The position numbers were made by a program, and so were the translations under genes. From assembly GCA_047971245.1 (NCBI GenBank), contig JBKDZN010000249.1, positions 1 to 59,045 on the forward strand: a stretch of 59,045 nucleotides of DNA. The letters run 5' to 3'. Below the pieces are notes generated by a model, which had not been told where the DNA came from, made no database searches, and worked only from the letters and a program-made list of their open reading frames with translations. Source of the DNA: Acidimicrobiales bacterium (GTDB lineage: Bacteria > Actinomycetota > Acidimicrobiia > Acidimicrobiales > SZUA-35). This document shows, piece by piece, positions 1 to 9,018 of this stretch (position 1 is its first letter; the number at the start of each line of letters is the position of its first letter).

Positions 1-820
1 CGGCGAAGACCAGCAGGCCGTTGCGGAAGATGCTGATGATCTGCTCGAAGCCGGCGGTGGACCGCTCGATCGACTCCTCGTTGTCGAGCACCTCGGTGTC
101 GTCCGGCACCACCTGCTGGGCAGCCGCGATCATGTCGGCGGCCTCGACGCCGGGAGCCCGGGTCAGGGCGATCGAGTCGACCAGGCCCTCCTTGTGGTAG
201 AGGGTCTGGGCGGTGGGGAAGTCGAACAGCACCATGTAGGTGCCCGCCGAGACGGGAAGATCGGCGATGGTGGCCACGGTGAACTCCCGGTTGCCGTCGG
301 GAGTGGCGATGGTCACCTGGTCGCCGACGCCGACACCGGCGATGCCGGCGCTGGTCGAGTCGAGGGCCACCTGGTCGGGGCCGTTTGGGATCGCCCCGTC
401 CACGATCTCGACCCCGCCGGCCTCCCCTTCGACCCAGGAGAAGGTGAGCACCGGTGGCCCGTTGGGCGCGATCCGGTTGCCGTCGGCGTCGAGCACCGCG
501 AACGGCTCGGTGGCCCCCGGATCCTCGTAACCGACCGACGGGATGGCCAGGCCGACTTCGGGCAGGGCCTCCAACTCGGCGGTGAGGGTGTCGGAAAGGG
601 TGCGGGCGTCGGAACCGAACTCGGGTTCGGCCGCGGTCACCGTGGCGTCGGTGCCCTCCAGGACGTCGGAGAACAGATCGTCGAACACGGCGGTGACACT
701 GTCGGCGAGCACGAAGGATCCGGCCACGAAGGCCACCCCGAGCGTGATCGCCGCGGTGGTCAGGGCGAGCCGGCCGAGACTGGCCCGCACGCCCCGGAGG
801 GCGAGTTTGAGCATCGTCAT
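1..820 (-). CDS. FtsX/MacB-type ABC transporter permease (partial, runs off left edge)
   Basis: Not in the ORF track because it is open-ended. Manual translation from ATG at 820 gives MTMLKLALRGVRASLGRLALTTAAITLGVAFVAGSFVLADSV..., a typical actinobacterial FtsX-like permease N-terminus. Lies directly downstream of the ABC ATPase. Confidence 0.88.
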   Translation of the reverse strand, partial: MTMLKLALRGVRASLGRLALTTAAITLGVAFVAGSFVLADSVTAVFDDLFSDVLEGTDATVTAAEPEFGSDARTLSDTLTAELEALPEVGLAIPSVGYEDPGATEPFAVLDADGNRIAPNGPPVLTFSWVEGEAGGVEIVDGAIPNGPDQVALDSTSAGIAGVGVGDQVTIATPDGNREFTVATIADLPVSAGTYMVLFDFPTAQTLYHKEGLVDSIALTRAPGVEAADMIAAAQQVVPDDTEVLDNEESIERSTAGFEQIISIFRNGLLVFA

Positions 821-823
821 GGG

Positions 824-1621
824 TCAGCCCCCCAGGGACTTGATGTGGTTGAACACCCCGTCGGGGGTGGGGTCGTACATCTCGTCGACGATGCGGCCGT
901 CACTCAGGAAGAGGACCTGATCGGAATGGGAGGCCGAGAACGGGTCGTGGGTGACCATCACGATGGTCTGGCCCAGGTCGTCGACGGCGCGCCGCATGAA
1001 GTCGAGGATCTCGGCCGAGGTCTTCGAGTCGAGGTTGCCGGTGGGTTCGTCGGCGAAGATGATGGCCGGCCGGCTGACCAGGGCCCGGGCCACCGCCACT
1101 CGCTGCTGCTGGCCGCCGGACAGCTCGTTGGGGCGGTGGGTCAGCCGTTCGGCGAGGCCGGTCGCCCCGACCACCTGGTCGAGCCAGGCCTGGTCGACCT
1201 GGTCACCGGCCAGATCCACCGGCAGGGTGATGTTCTCCAAGGCGTTCAGGGTGGGAATCAGGTTGAAGGCCTGGAACACGAACCCGATCTTCTCCCGGCG
1301 GATCAGGGTCAGGTGCTTGTCGCTCAGACCCGACAGGGGCACGTTCTCGATGAACGTCTCACCCGCGGTGAGCCGGTCGAGGCCGGCCATGCACTGCATC
1401 AGGGTCGACTTGCCCGAACCCGAAGGGCCCATGATCGAGGTGAACCGGCCCGGTTCGAAGCTGACGGTCACGTCGCGAAGGGCATGGACCTCGGTATCGC
1501 CCGAGCCGTAGACCTTGGTCGCCCCGATCGAATGGGCGACCGCGGTGCCGGTCGTGGCCGGTGCCGGAGCCGGGGGTGCTGGTGTGGCTCCGGCTTCGGG
1601 ACTGGGCGGGACGGTGGTCAT
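824..1621 (-). CDS. ABC transporter ATP-binding protein (LolD/MacB-like)
   Basis: Walker A GPSGSGKS, signature LSGGQQQRVAVARAL, Walker B IFADEPTGNLD, H-loop MVTHD. Confidence 0.95.
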   Translation of the reverse strand: MTTVPPSPEAGATPAPPAPAPATTGTAVAHSIGATKVYGSGDTEVHALRDVTVSFEPGRFTSIMGPSGSGKSTLMQCMAGLDRLTAGETFIENVPLSGLSDKHLTLIRREKIGFVFQAFNLIPTLNALENITLPVDLAGDQVDQAWLDQVVGATGLAERLTHRPNELSGGQQQRVAVARALVSRPAIIFADEPTGNLDSKTSAEILDFMRRAVDDLGQTIVMVTHDPFSASHSDQVLFLSDGRIVDEMYDPTPDGVFNHIKSLGG

Positions 1622-1832
1622 TTCGGCTCCTCGGGTTGCGGATTCGCCCGGTAGTCGGAATCCAGTGGCCGGACCAGGGTGTGGGCCCGGTGCGCGACGG
1701 TCCGCGGTGACCGGTCAGGGTGCGCAGGGACGGCACATCGGGGACGGTACTCAGCGGTGACGCCGACCGCAGCTGCCTCCCGACCGCTGGCGCGGGGCAG
1801 GTGGGTGGGGCGATCAGCTCTCACGCTAGCCG

Positions 1833-2846
1833 TCAGGCGGTGACAGCTTGCGTCAGGGTGACCCGGGGTGCCCATCCAAGGACGCGCTTCGCCCGATCGT
1901 TGGAGTACCGCAGCGGCCGGAGCATGGCGTCGACCCGGGCGGGGGAACCGAACCAGGGGAGGCGGGCCCGCCCGCCCAGGAGGTACCGATCGGTGGCGTC
2001 GACCGCCAACGCGAACGCCTTCAGCGCCGCGTAGGGGACGGGGACACTGTGGCCCTCCACCAGGCCACCGTCACGCAGGGCCCGTTCGAAACGCTGCTGG
2101 GTGGGGGGATCGTCGCTCACGATGTTGAGGGTCTCCCCGACCGCCTCGGGGACGACGGCGGCGGCCACCATGGCCCGGGCGCAGTCGTCCACATGGATCA
2201 GCTTCATGCGGACCCGGGGCCCGGCCGACACCGGGACGGGACCGAGGGACAGGACCCGTCCACCGTCCCACCACCGGTCGGGCCCGTAGACGGCGCCCGG
2301 CCTGAGCACGGTGAGTTCGGCTCCCTCGGTGGCGGCCGCCCACTCCCGGGCCAGTCGTTCCTGCTCGATCTTGGTCACCGTGTAGTCGTCGTACCGTTGG
2401 GGGTCCGAGGCCACCGGTGAGGACTCGTCGAGGACGGAGCGGGAGGCGATGCTGGCGTAGTCGTACACCGAGAACGTGCTGATGAGGGTGAGGCGGCGGA
2501 CCCCAGCGGCGTCCATGGCGCCGAGCAGCCGTTCGGTGCCGACCACCGTGACCGCGAACTGGTCGGCGAAATCGGCGAAGGAGGCGGCGAGGTGGATCAC
2601 GGCGTCGCAGCCGGCGAGCTCGTCCTGCCACGGGGCCGGGTTGCGGACGTCACCGGCCACCACCCGGAGGCGGCGCCGGTGGCTCGGCGGGGCCGGGGTC
2701 GACCCGTTGGCCGGCGGGTCGGGGGCGAATCGGGCGGCGTCGGTGGCCCGGCGGACCAGTGCCACCACCTCGTGGCCGTCCGCCAGCGCCTCACGGACCA
2801 CGGCCCGGCCGATGAACCCTCCGGCACCGGTCACGAAGAGTCTCAT
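1833..2846 (-). CDS. NAD-dependent epimerase/dehydratase (extended SDR)
   Basis: TGAGGFIG Rossmann motif, VIHLAA, YxxxK (YTVTK), LRPGAVYGP. Confidence 0.9.
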   Translation of the reverse strand: MRLFVTGAGGFIGRAVVREALADGHEVVALVRRATDAARFAPDPPANGSTPAPPSHRRRLRVVAGDVRNPAPWQDELAGCDAVIHLAASFADFADQFAVTVVGTERLLGAMDAAGVRRLTLISTFSVYDYASIASRSVLDESSPVASDPQRYDDYTVTKIEQERLAREWAAATEGAELTVLRPGAVYGPDRWWDGGRVLSLGPVPVSAGPRVRMKLIHVDDCARAMVAAAVVPEAVGETLNIVSDDPPTQQRFERALRDGGLVEGHSVPVPYAALKAFALAVDATDRYLLGGRARLPWFGSPARVDAMLRPLRYSNDRAKRVLGWAPRVTLTQAVTA

Positions 2847-3964
2847 GCGGTCTGCTCCTGGCTCGGGCCGCCGGTCCGACCGGGGTCGTGGTCCGGGCCG
2901 CCGCCGGCGGGGAGGTCGGCGGTGACCGCGGCCACCAGCCGGCCGGTGGTCAGGATCTGGTCGCGGCTGATCGGGCTGGGGGCATCGTCGATCCGGGCCC
3001 GGTAGACGGCGTCGATCATGCGGTCGATCCCGTGGTACGGCGTGTGCTGCATCACATTTTAGCGCAGCAGTTTAGGTCCGGCGGCGACGAGCCGGGCCCC
3101 GTTGACCATGTGGTCGACGATCGGGCCGAGGGGCGAGGTGCCCCGGTTGCTCGACACCCGCAGATACGCCCGGTACAGGTCGGTGTCGGCACTGCCCCGG
3201 GTGCCGCGCACGGTCAGGCTGAGCCCCGGGGGTTCGACCCGGGCGTCGAAGCGGAGCAGGCCGACGGCGTCGCCCAGCTCCACCCCGGCCTCGAGCTGGT
3301 CGAACCCGACCACGGGGTTGCCGCTGCGGTTCCACCAGCGTGACCACGCCGGGCCGGGTTCGCAGAAGCCGACCTGGTCGAGGGCCAGGTAGGCCAGGTG
3401 GGGGAGGAAGTCGCCGATCCCGCCCCCGGGAAGGCCGAGGGTGGCGCTGGGCAGGTTGGGATCGGCGAACTTGCCGCCGCTGGCGATGTCGAGATGGACC
3501 GCCACCTCGACCCCGACCACCGTGCCCAGGGCACCCGAGGCGACCAGGTCGCGGATGGCCATCACCGGGTCGTTCCACCGGAGGTTCTGCGACTCCACCA
3601 GGCGCCGGCCGAGCCGGTCGGCGTGATCGAGCAGGGCGGTGGTCTCCCCCAGGTCGAGGGCCATCGGCTTCTCGCACACCACGTCGGCCCCGTGATCGAG
3701 GGCGTCGCGCACCAGCGCCGGATGGGTGTGGGGCGGTGTCAACACGTGAACCACGTCCGGCCGGGTGGTGTCGAGCATCCGGCGATGGTCGGTGAACGCC
3801 GCCCCGCCGTAGCGTTCGGCGGCGTAGCGGGCGGTGACCGGTGAGGTGTCGCACACCGCAACCAGGGCGGCCCGTTCGTTCGCCCGGAGGCACCGGAGAT
3901 GCTCGTGGGCAATCACGCCGCACCCGATGACGGCGGCGGTAGCGGTGGATGAGCCGACGGTCAC
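2843..3964 (-). pseudogene. Gfo/Idh/MocA oxidoreductase interrupted by an in-frame TAA at 3059-3061 (nonsense mutation or sequence error)
   Basis: VIGCGVIA dinucleotide fold, TPPHTH and CEKP motifs. ORFs 3059..3964 and 2843..3055 are in the same frame, joined as GPKLLR*NVMQHTPYHG. The distal part's stop overlaps the epimerase start (ATGA). Confidence 0.7.
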
Positions 3965-4158
3965 GACGTCCCTTCTCGGTCGGGTCGTCCGACCGGTTCA
4001 GCAGGTCGACGAGGATATCGGTCGCGTTCGCGCCAGCCATGACGATTGATCCGCTCGACCCCGGGCTGCTGGGACATCCACTCAGATCGCAGCCACCAGG
4101 ATGCCCCGTTGGCGCCTGGGTGGGCTCGCGACCCACGGGTAGGGTGACCAGTGGATCT

Positions 4159-5490
4159 ATGGACGACTCCGACACGATTTCGACGCCTTCGGCCTCCCTG
4201 CCCGACACCCCGCCGCTTCCCGAGACGAAGCCGGTGGTCTACCTGCTCACCCACTACCCCCGGGTGGCCGGCACCTTCCTCCAGCGCGAGATCCTGGGCG
4301 TCGAGGGACCCGAGATCCGGGTCGAACCGGTGTCGCTCAATCCGGTCGCGCCCGCTGATGTGGTCACACCGATCGACGAGATCGAGCATGGGCGCACCTG
4401 GTACGTGAAGGCCCAGCCCCGGGCGTGGATGGTGCGGACGTTGGCGGCCACGGTACGACGCCACCCCCGGGCCGTCCTCGGAACCCTGGGCACGGCGATC
4501 CGGCTCGGGGGCACCGACGTGCGGCGTCTGGCCTTCCGCGGCCTCCAGATGGTGGAGGCCATGCTGGTGTACGAGCGGGCCCGGCAGGTCGGGGCCCGCC
4601 ACATCCACGCCCAGTTCGGTCGGGTGCCGGCCACCGTCGCCCTGCTCGCCGCCGAGCTCGGCCGCCGGAGCGGCGACCCCGAATGGGGGTTCAGCTACAC
4701 GGTGCACGGGTTCCACGACTTCGTCGACGACCAGGAACTTCGCCTCGACCGCAAGACCGCCGAGGCGAAGTTCGTGGTCGGCATCAGCGATTTCACCCGC
4801 TCCCAACTGATGCGGACCTCCTCGGTGGAGGACTGGGACCGGATCCATGTGGTCCGATGCGGGATCGACCTCGACGCCTTCACCTACCGCGACCCGCGGC
4901 CCCTGCCGGCCCGGCCGGTGATCATGCTGGTGGGGCGCCTGTCGGCCGAGAAGGGTGTGGAGGTCCTGCTCGACGCCCTGGCCCGCCTGACCGCGGCCGG
5001 CCGCGACCTCGAGCTGCGGATCGTCGGCGACGGGCCCGACCGGCCCGGGCTCGAGAAGCGGGTGTCGGAACTGGGCCTCGGCGACCGGGTCGACTTCCTC
5101 GGTGAGCTGCCCCCGGCCGAGGTGAGCGAACGGTTGGCCGACGCCGACGTGTTCTGCCTCCCTTCCTTCGCCGAGGGTCTGCCGGTGGCGATCATGGAGG
5201 CGATGGCCCGCGGGGTCCCCGTGGTCGCCACCTCCATCGCCGGGATCCCGGAACTGGTCGTCGACGGTGTCACCGGTGCCCTCAGCCCGGCCGGCAGCGT
5301 CGACGGTCTCGTGGTCGCCCTGCAACGGCTGCTCACCGACGACCGGACCCGGCTCGGTCTGGCCCGCCGGGCCCGTGACCGGGTGGGTGCCTACCACGAC
5401 GAGCAGGTCACCCTGCCGGCGATGCGGTGGCTGCTGGTCGAGGCCACCCGTTCCTCGTCGGGGGCGGAACCGGCGGGAGGCACTTCGTGA
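4159..5490 (+). CDS. Glycosyltransferase family 4 (WcaL-like)
   Basis: YLLTHYP..TFLQREI, HIHAQFG, VGRLSAEKG, PSFAEGLPVAIMEAMA (ExxxxxxxE). Start placed at ATG 4159 within ORF 3949..5490. Confidence 0.9.
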   Translation: MDDSDTISTPSASLPDTPPLPETKPVVYLLTHYPRVAGTFLQREILGVEGPEIRVEPVSLNPVAPADVVTPIDEIEHGRTWYVKAQPRAWMVRTLAATVRRHPRAVLGTLGTAIRLGGTDVRRLAFRGLQMVEAMLVYERARQVGARHIHAQFGRVPATVALLAAELGRRSGDPEWGFSYTVHGFHDFVDDQELRLDRKTAEAKFVVGISDFTRSQLMRTSSVEDWDRIHVVRCGIDLDAFTYRDPRPLPARPVIMLVGRLSAEKGVEVLLDALARLTAAGRDLELRIVGDGPDRPGLEKRVSELGLGDRVDFLGELPPAEVSERLADADVFCLPSFAEGLPVAIMEAMARGVPVVATSIAGIPELVVDGVTGALSPAGSVDGLVVALQRLLTDDRTRLGLARRARDRVGAYHDEQVTLPAMRWLLVEATRSSSGAEPAGGTS

Positions 5491-6851
5491 CCGACGCCCT
5501 GGCCCGGCTGCGGGCCGCCGTCGGGGGCCGGATGCGGACCCTGTCGTTGAAGATCGGCGACGGCGACCTGGCCAAGGACACGGTGTGGGGCCTCGTCTTC
5601 GAGGGCTCGATGCTGTTGAGCGTGCTGGTGTCGTTCTACCTGCTGGGGCGGAACCTGGGCACCGACGGCTACGGCCTCTACGCCGGCCTCTACGCCATCA
5701 TCGCCCCCCTCGGTCCCCTGGCCGCCTCGGGGATGAGCCTGACCGTGCTCCAGCACGCCATCCGCGACCACGAGCCGCTGGAGACCGTGGCCGGATCGAC
5801 GATCTCCCTCACCCTGATGCTGGGCAGCCTGCTGACCGTGATCGGCACCGTCATCGGGGTCGTCATCGTGGAGGGCCTGCCGGCCTGGGTGATCTTCGTG
5901 GTGATGGCCTCCGAGTTCGTCGCCTTCCCCATCGTCCAGATCATCGCCAACGTGGTCCAGGCCGGCATCGGTTTCCCCGAAATGGTCAAGGTCAAGCTCC
6001 TGCCCCCCGTTTTCAAGGTGATCAGCCTCCTCGTCCTGTCCATCACCGGCACCCTCACCATCGGTACCTTCGGGCTCAGCTACCTGGCCATCAATGTGCT
6101 GCTCGGCCTGTGGCTGATGCCGGTGATCAGCCGCCGGTTGCACCTGCCGGTCCGGCCCGGCCCGGTCCGCTGGAACCATCTGCGTTCCAGCGCCACCTAC
6201 TCCACCGGGATCACCGCCTCGTCGCTCACCAAGGACGGCGACAAGATCGTCCTGGTCGGCAACGGCTACGACACCGACAACGGTCTCTACTCGGCCGCAT
6301 TCCGGATCATCGGCATGGGGACCATCCCGGTGGCCAGCTTCATCCATGTCACCCACCAGCGGTTCCTGGAGAGTGATGGTGACGCACCGGGGGTGCATCT
6401 GCGGCGGGCGGTCCGCTTCTGCGGGGTGTCCCTCGTCTACTGCGCCGTCTTCGCTGCCGCCATCTGGGTGACGGCGCCGATCTTCCCCATGATCATGGGC
6501 AGCAGTTTCGAGGGTTCGGTGGAGATGCTCCGCCTGTTGAGCGGGGTCATGGCCGTCCAGGTCCTGGTCATGTTCCCCCAGAACGGGATCCTCGGTCTGG
6601 GGTTCACCTTCCTCCGCACCGTGCTGCTGATCATGACCGCTGGCCTGGCCATGCTGTGCTACATCCTGCTCATCCCCTCGATGAGCTGGAGGGGTGCGGT
6701 GTGGGGCAGCTACATCAGTGAGGGGATCATGGCCGTGGTGTCGTGGGGGGTGCTGATCTACCTGCAGCGCCGTCACGATCGGCGGCTCGAACAACGGTGG
6801 GTGGCCGAGGGTTTCGAGCCCGATCCCGCGGTAGGAGCAACCCGTGGCTGA
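5487..6851 (+). CDS. Wzx-like oligosaccharide flippase / polysaccharide biosynthesis protein
   Basis: Many hydrophobic segments, LG..GYGLY near the N-terminus, DKIVL..GLYSAAFRI. GTG start overlaps the GT4 stop (GTGA) and has a GGAGG RBS. Confidence 0.85.
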   Translation: MTDALARLRAAVGGRMRTLSLKIGDGDLAKDTVWGLVFEGSMLLSVLVSFYLLGRNLGTDGYGLYAGLYAIIAPLGPLAASGMSLTVLQHAIRDHEPLETVAGSTISLTLMLGSLLTVIGTVIGVVIVEGLPAWVIFVVMASEFVAFPIVQIIANVVQAGIGFPEMVKVKLLPPVFKVISLLVLSITGTLTIGTFGLSYLAINVLLGLWLMPVISRRLHLPVRPGPVRWNHLRSSATYSTGITASSLTKDGDKIVLVGNGYDTDNGLYSAAFRIIGMGTIPVASFIHVTHQRFLESDGDAPGVHLRRAVRFCGVSLVYCAVFAAAIWVTAPIFPMIMGSSFEGSVEMLRLLSGVMAVQVLVMFPQNGILGLGFTFLRTVLLIMTAGLAMLCYILLIPSMSWRGAVWGSYISEGIMAVVSWGVLIYLQRRHDRRLEQRWVAEGFEPDPAVGATRG

Positions 6852-7776
6852 GTCGACGGTTCCCGAACTCCGACCCGACGTGTCGGTGATCATGCCGGTC
6901 GGTGGGGTGGACGACCTCGTCCGACCGGCCATCGAGTCGGTGCTGGACCAGAAGACCGACCTCCGATTCGAGGTCCTGCTCTCACTCAACACCGCCGACC
7001 CGGCCGCCGGGTCGGCCCTGCGGACCCTGGTCGAGGTCCTCGACGACGACCGCCTCCGGATCGTGCCCAGCCACACCAGCCCCGGGGCGGCCGGAGCCCG
7101 CAACGGTGGGGTCCCCGCCGCCCGGGCCGACGTGTTGGCGTTCTGCGACGCCGACGACCTGGCCGACCCGGGATGGCTGGACGCTCTCGTGGCCGGCCTC
7201 GATGGCTACGACGCCGTCACCGGCCATGTGGACGAGACGACCCTGGCCCCGGCCCACCAGTCGGCGTGGCGCCCACCGGCCACCCCGGGGGCGTTGCCCC
7301 GGTTCCACGGCCACGAATACATCCTGTCCGGCAACCTGGCCGTCCGCCGGGTCGCGTTCGAAGCCGTGTCCGGATTCGACACCGACCTCACCCGGTGCGA
7401 GGACATCGCCTTCGGCTGGTCCCTCGTCCGGGCCGGCTACCGGATCGGGTTCGTTCCCGAGGCGGTGATCCTGTACCGCCACCGCGAGGGCCTGTGGCCG
7501 ATGCTCCGCCAGCACTATCTCTACGGCCGGGGGCACTCCGAGGTGCTGGTCCGCTACGGCCTGCCCGGCGGCGAGGCCGAATCGAGCACCCTGCTCCGAC
7601 CCAACGGTCAGCGGGCCGAGCGGATCACCCTGCAGGGCACCCTGCGTCGGGGTGCCATCGCCCTCGGCCGCGTCCGGGGCCTGGCCGGTGAGGCCGTACG
7701 GTCCCGCATCGGAACCGGCCGAGGTACCGCGGGTTCCGCCGGAACCGGCCGAGGTACCGCGGGTTCCGCCGGGTGA
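6844..7776 (+). CDS. Glycosyltransferase family 2
   Basis: VSVIMPV, GAAGARNGG, FCDADD (DxD), GFD...CED. Confidence 0.92.
   Translation: MAESTVPELRPDVSVIMPVGGVDDLVRPAIESVLDQKTDLRFEVLLSLNTADPAAGSALRTLVEVLDDDRLRIVPSHTSPGAAGARNGGVPAARADVLAFCDADDLADPGWLDALVAGLDGYDAVTGHVDETTLAPAHQSAWRPPATPGALPRFHGHEYILSGNLAVRRVAFEAVSGFDTDLTRCEDIAFGWSLVRAGYRIGFVPEAVILYRHREGLWPMLRQHYLYGRGHSEVLVRYGLPGGEAESSTLLRPNGQRAERITLQGTLRRGAIALGRVRGLAGEAVRSRIGTGRGTAGSAGTGRGTAGSAG
7711..7770 (+). repeat. Perfect 2 x 30-bp tandem repeat (GGAACCGGCCGAGGTACCGCGGGTTCCGCC) at the 3' end of the GT2 gene
   Basis: Read directly from the sequence; encodes GTGRGTAGSA twice. Confidence 0.95.
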
Positions 7777-7824
7777 TCCGGCCCGGGCGGAGGGCCCGGT
7801 CAGATCAGGCGGGGCGGCGGGGGG

Positions 7825-8574
7825 TCAGGTCGCGGATGCGGTCCGGCGCCGGAGACTCCGGATGGTGGTCGAGCGGCGAAGGCCGGCGGCCACGGCCCGG
7901 GTCACCGGGGCCCGATCGAGCCAGGACGGGGTGATGTCGGACCGGGACGGGCGCTGGTCGGCCAGGCAGGGGACTGCGATGAGCCGCCGGGCGTCGCTGT
8001 CGACCCAGGGGAGCACATTGAGGGCCCCGTCGGGAGGCATCGGGCCCCGGAGGGGATGGTGCCGGGTGCCGGTGAGGAGGCGCTCGAAGTGGGCCCGTAC
8101 TCGGGCCGCCCCCGCGGCGGTGTACACGACACATTGGGCGCCCAGGACCTCGCCGTCGAACGGCACGAGGGCGGGACCCGACACCCCGAGCTCGGCCGCA
8201 TGGCCGTGCACGTCGATGTAGCCCAGCTGGGCCAGGTCGTACTCGCCGGCCAGGATCTCGGGACCCAACGCCGCCATGAGCTCGCGGGCTCGGTCCTCGA
8301 ACACCACATCGTCTTCGAGGACGAGCACCCGTTCCCAACCGGCGGCCTCGACACTGCGGAGCACGGCGAGGTGGGACAGGAAACAGGCCCGCATGTTGGG
8401 TGAGCTGAATCCGTCCGCCACGTCGCTGGTTTTGGCGGCAAAGAACTCGACCTTCTCCTCGATCGAGCCAGCGGTCGCGTGCCTGGCCATTTCGGCTAAC
8501 GTTTCGCGTCGGCGGTCAACGCGTGTGGCCAGGTTGATCACATAGACGCGATCAAAATGAGCGAATAGATCCAT
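7825..8574 (-). CDS. Glycosyltransferase family 25 (LPS/LOS biosynthesis-like)
   Basis: VYVINLATRVDRR, CFLSH and VLVLEDD motifs typical of GT25. Confidence 0.85.
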   Translation of the reverse strand: MDLFAHFDRVYVINLATRVDRRRETLAEMARHATAGSIEEKVEFFAAKTSDVADGFSSPNMRACFLSHLAVLRSVEAAGWERVLVLEDDVVFEDRARELMAALGPEILAGEYDLAQLGYIDVHGHAAELGVSGPALVPFDGEVLGAQCVVYTAAGAARVRAHFERLLTGTRHHPLRGPMPPDGALNVLPWVDSDARRLIAVPCLADQRPSRSDITPSWLDRAPVTRAVAAGLRRSTTIRSLRRRTASAT

Positions 8575-9018
8575 GGCGTCGGAACTTATGACACGCCAGG
8601 ATGAGTTTCATGAGAATTTCAACCCAGCGGGCATTCCGGATCGTTTTGTGCTCCTGGCGAGAAATCAGGCCGTTCTTTGTCCGGACTTCCCCCGCCCGAC
8701 CTGGGGTGGGATTGGTGTTCGCCGCCGGTGATCCACCCTGATTCGGGTCGGCTCACGGCGACTGCTGTACGAAATCTGATGTCCGGTACTTGGGCCATCG
8801 AAGGCCAATCTTGCCCTTCTTTGGTGCTCAATCTGGGTAGATCTCCCCGCAGGGCTGCCCCGGCGCCGTCGGGCCCCGTTCCTATACTCGGGCCTTACGT
8901 CGGTGAGGGACCGGGCACAGCGCCGGAACCGGTGCGCGGGGCTCTGCGAGGCACGGTCCCCGAAACGAGCAGGCGTCGCCGGACGGACTCAGGCCTGGCG
9001 GCGTGGCTATGAGGTGGC

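Noticed and set aside
194-1654. Long antisense and alternate-frame ORFs (e.g. 194..1654+, 9169..11319-, 14490..16610-, 25766..27994-, 38192..40525-, 46171..48000+)
   Set aside because: Shadow ORFs expected in very GC-rich DNA; they overlap well-supported genes and have no recognisable motifs.
3059-3061. Selenocysteine or pyrrolysine recoding of the Gfo/Idh/MocA internal stop
   Set aside because: The codon is TAA, not TGA or TAG, and it is not at a catalytic Cys-like position.
8400-8890. Lower-GC stretch as a horizontally acquired island
   Set aside because: Confined to the GT25 5' end and a divergent promoter region; no integrase, tRNA or flanking repeats.
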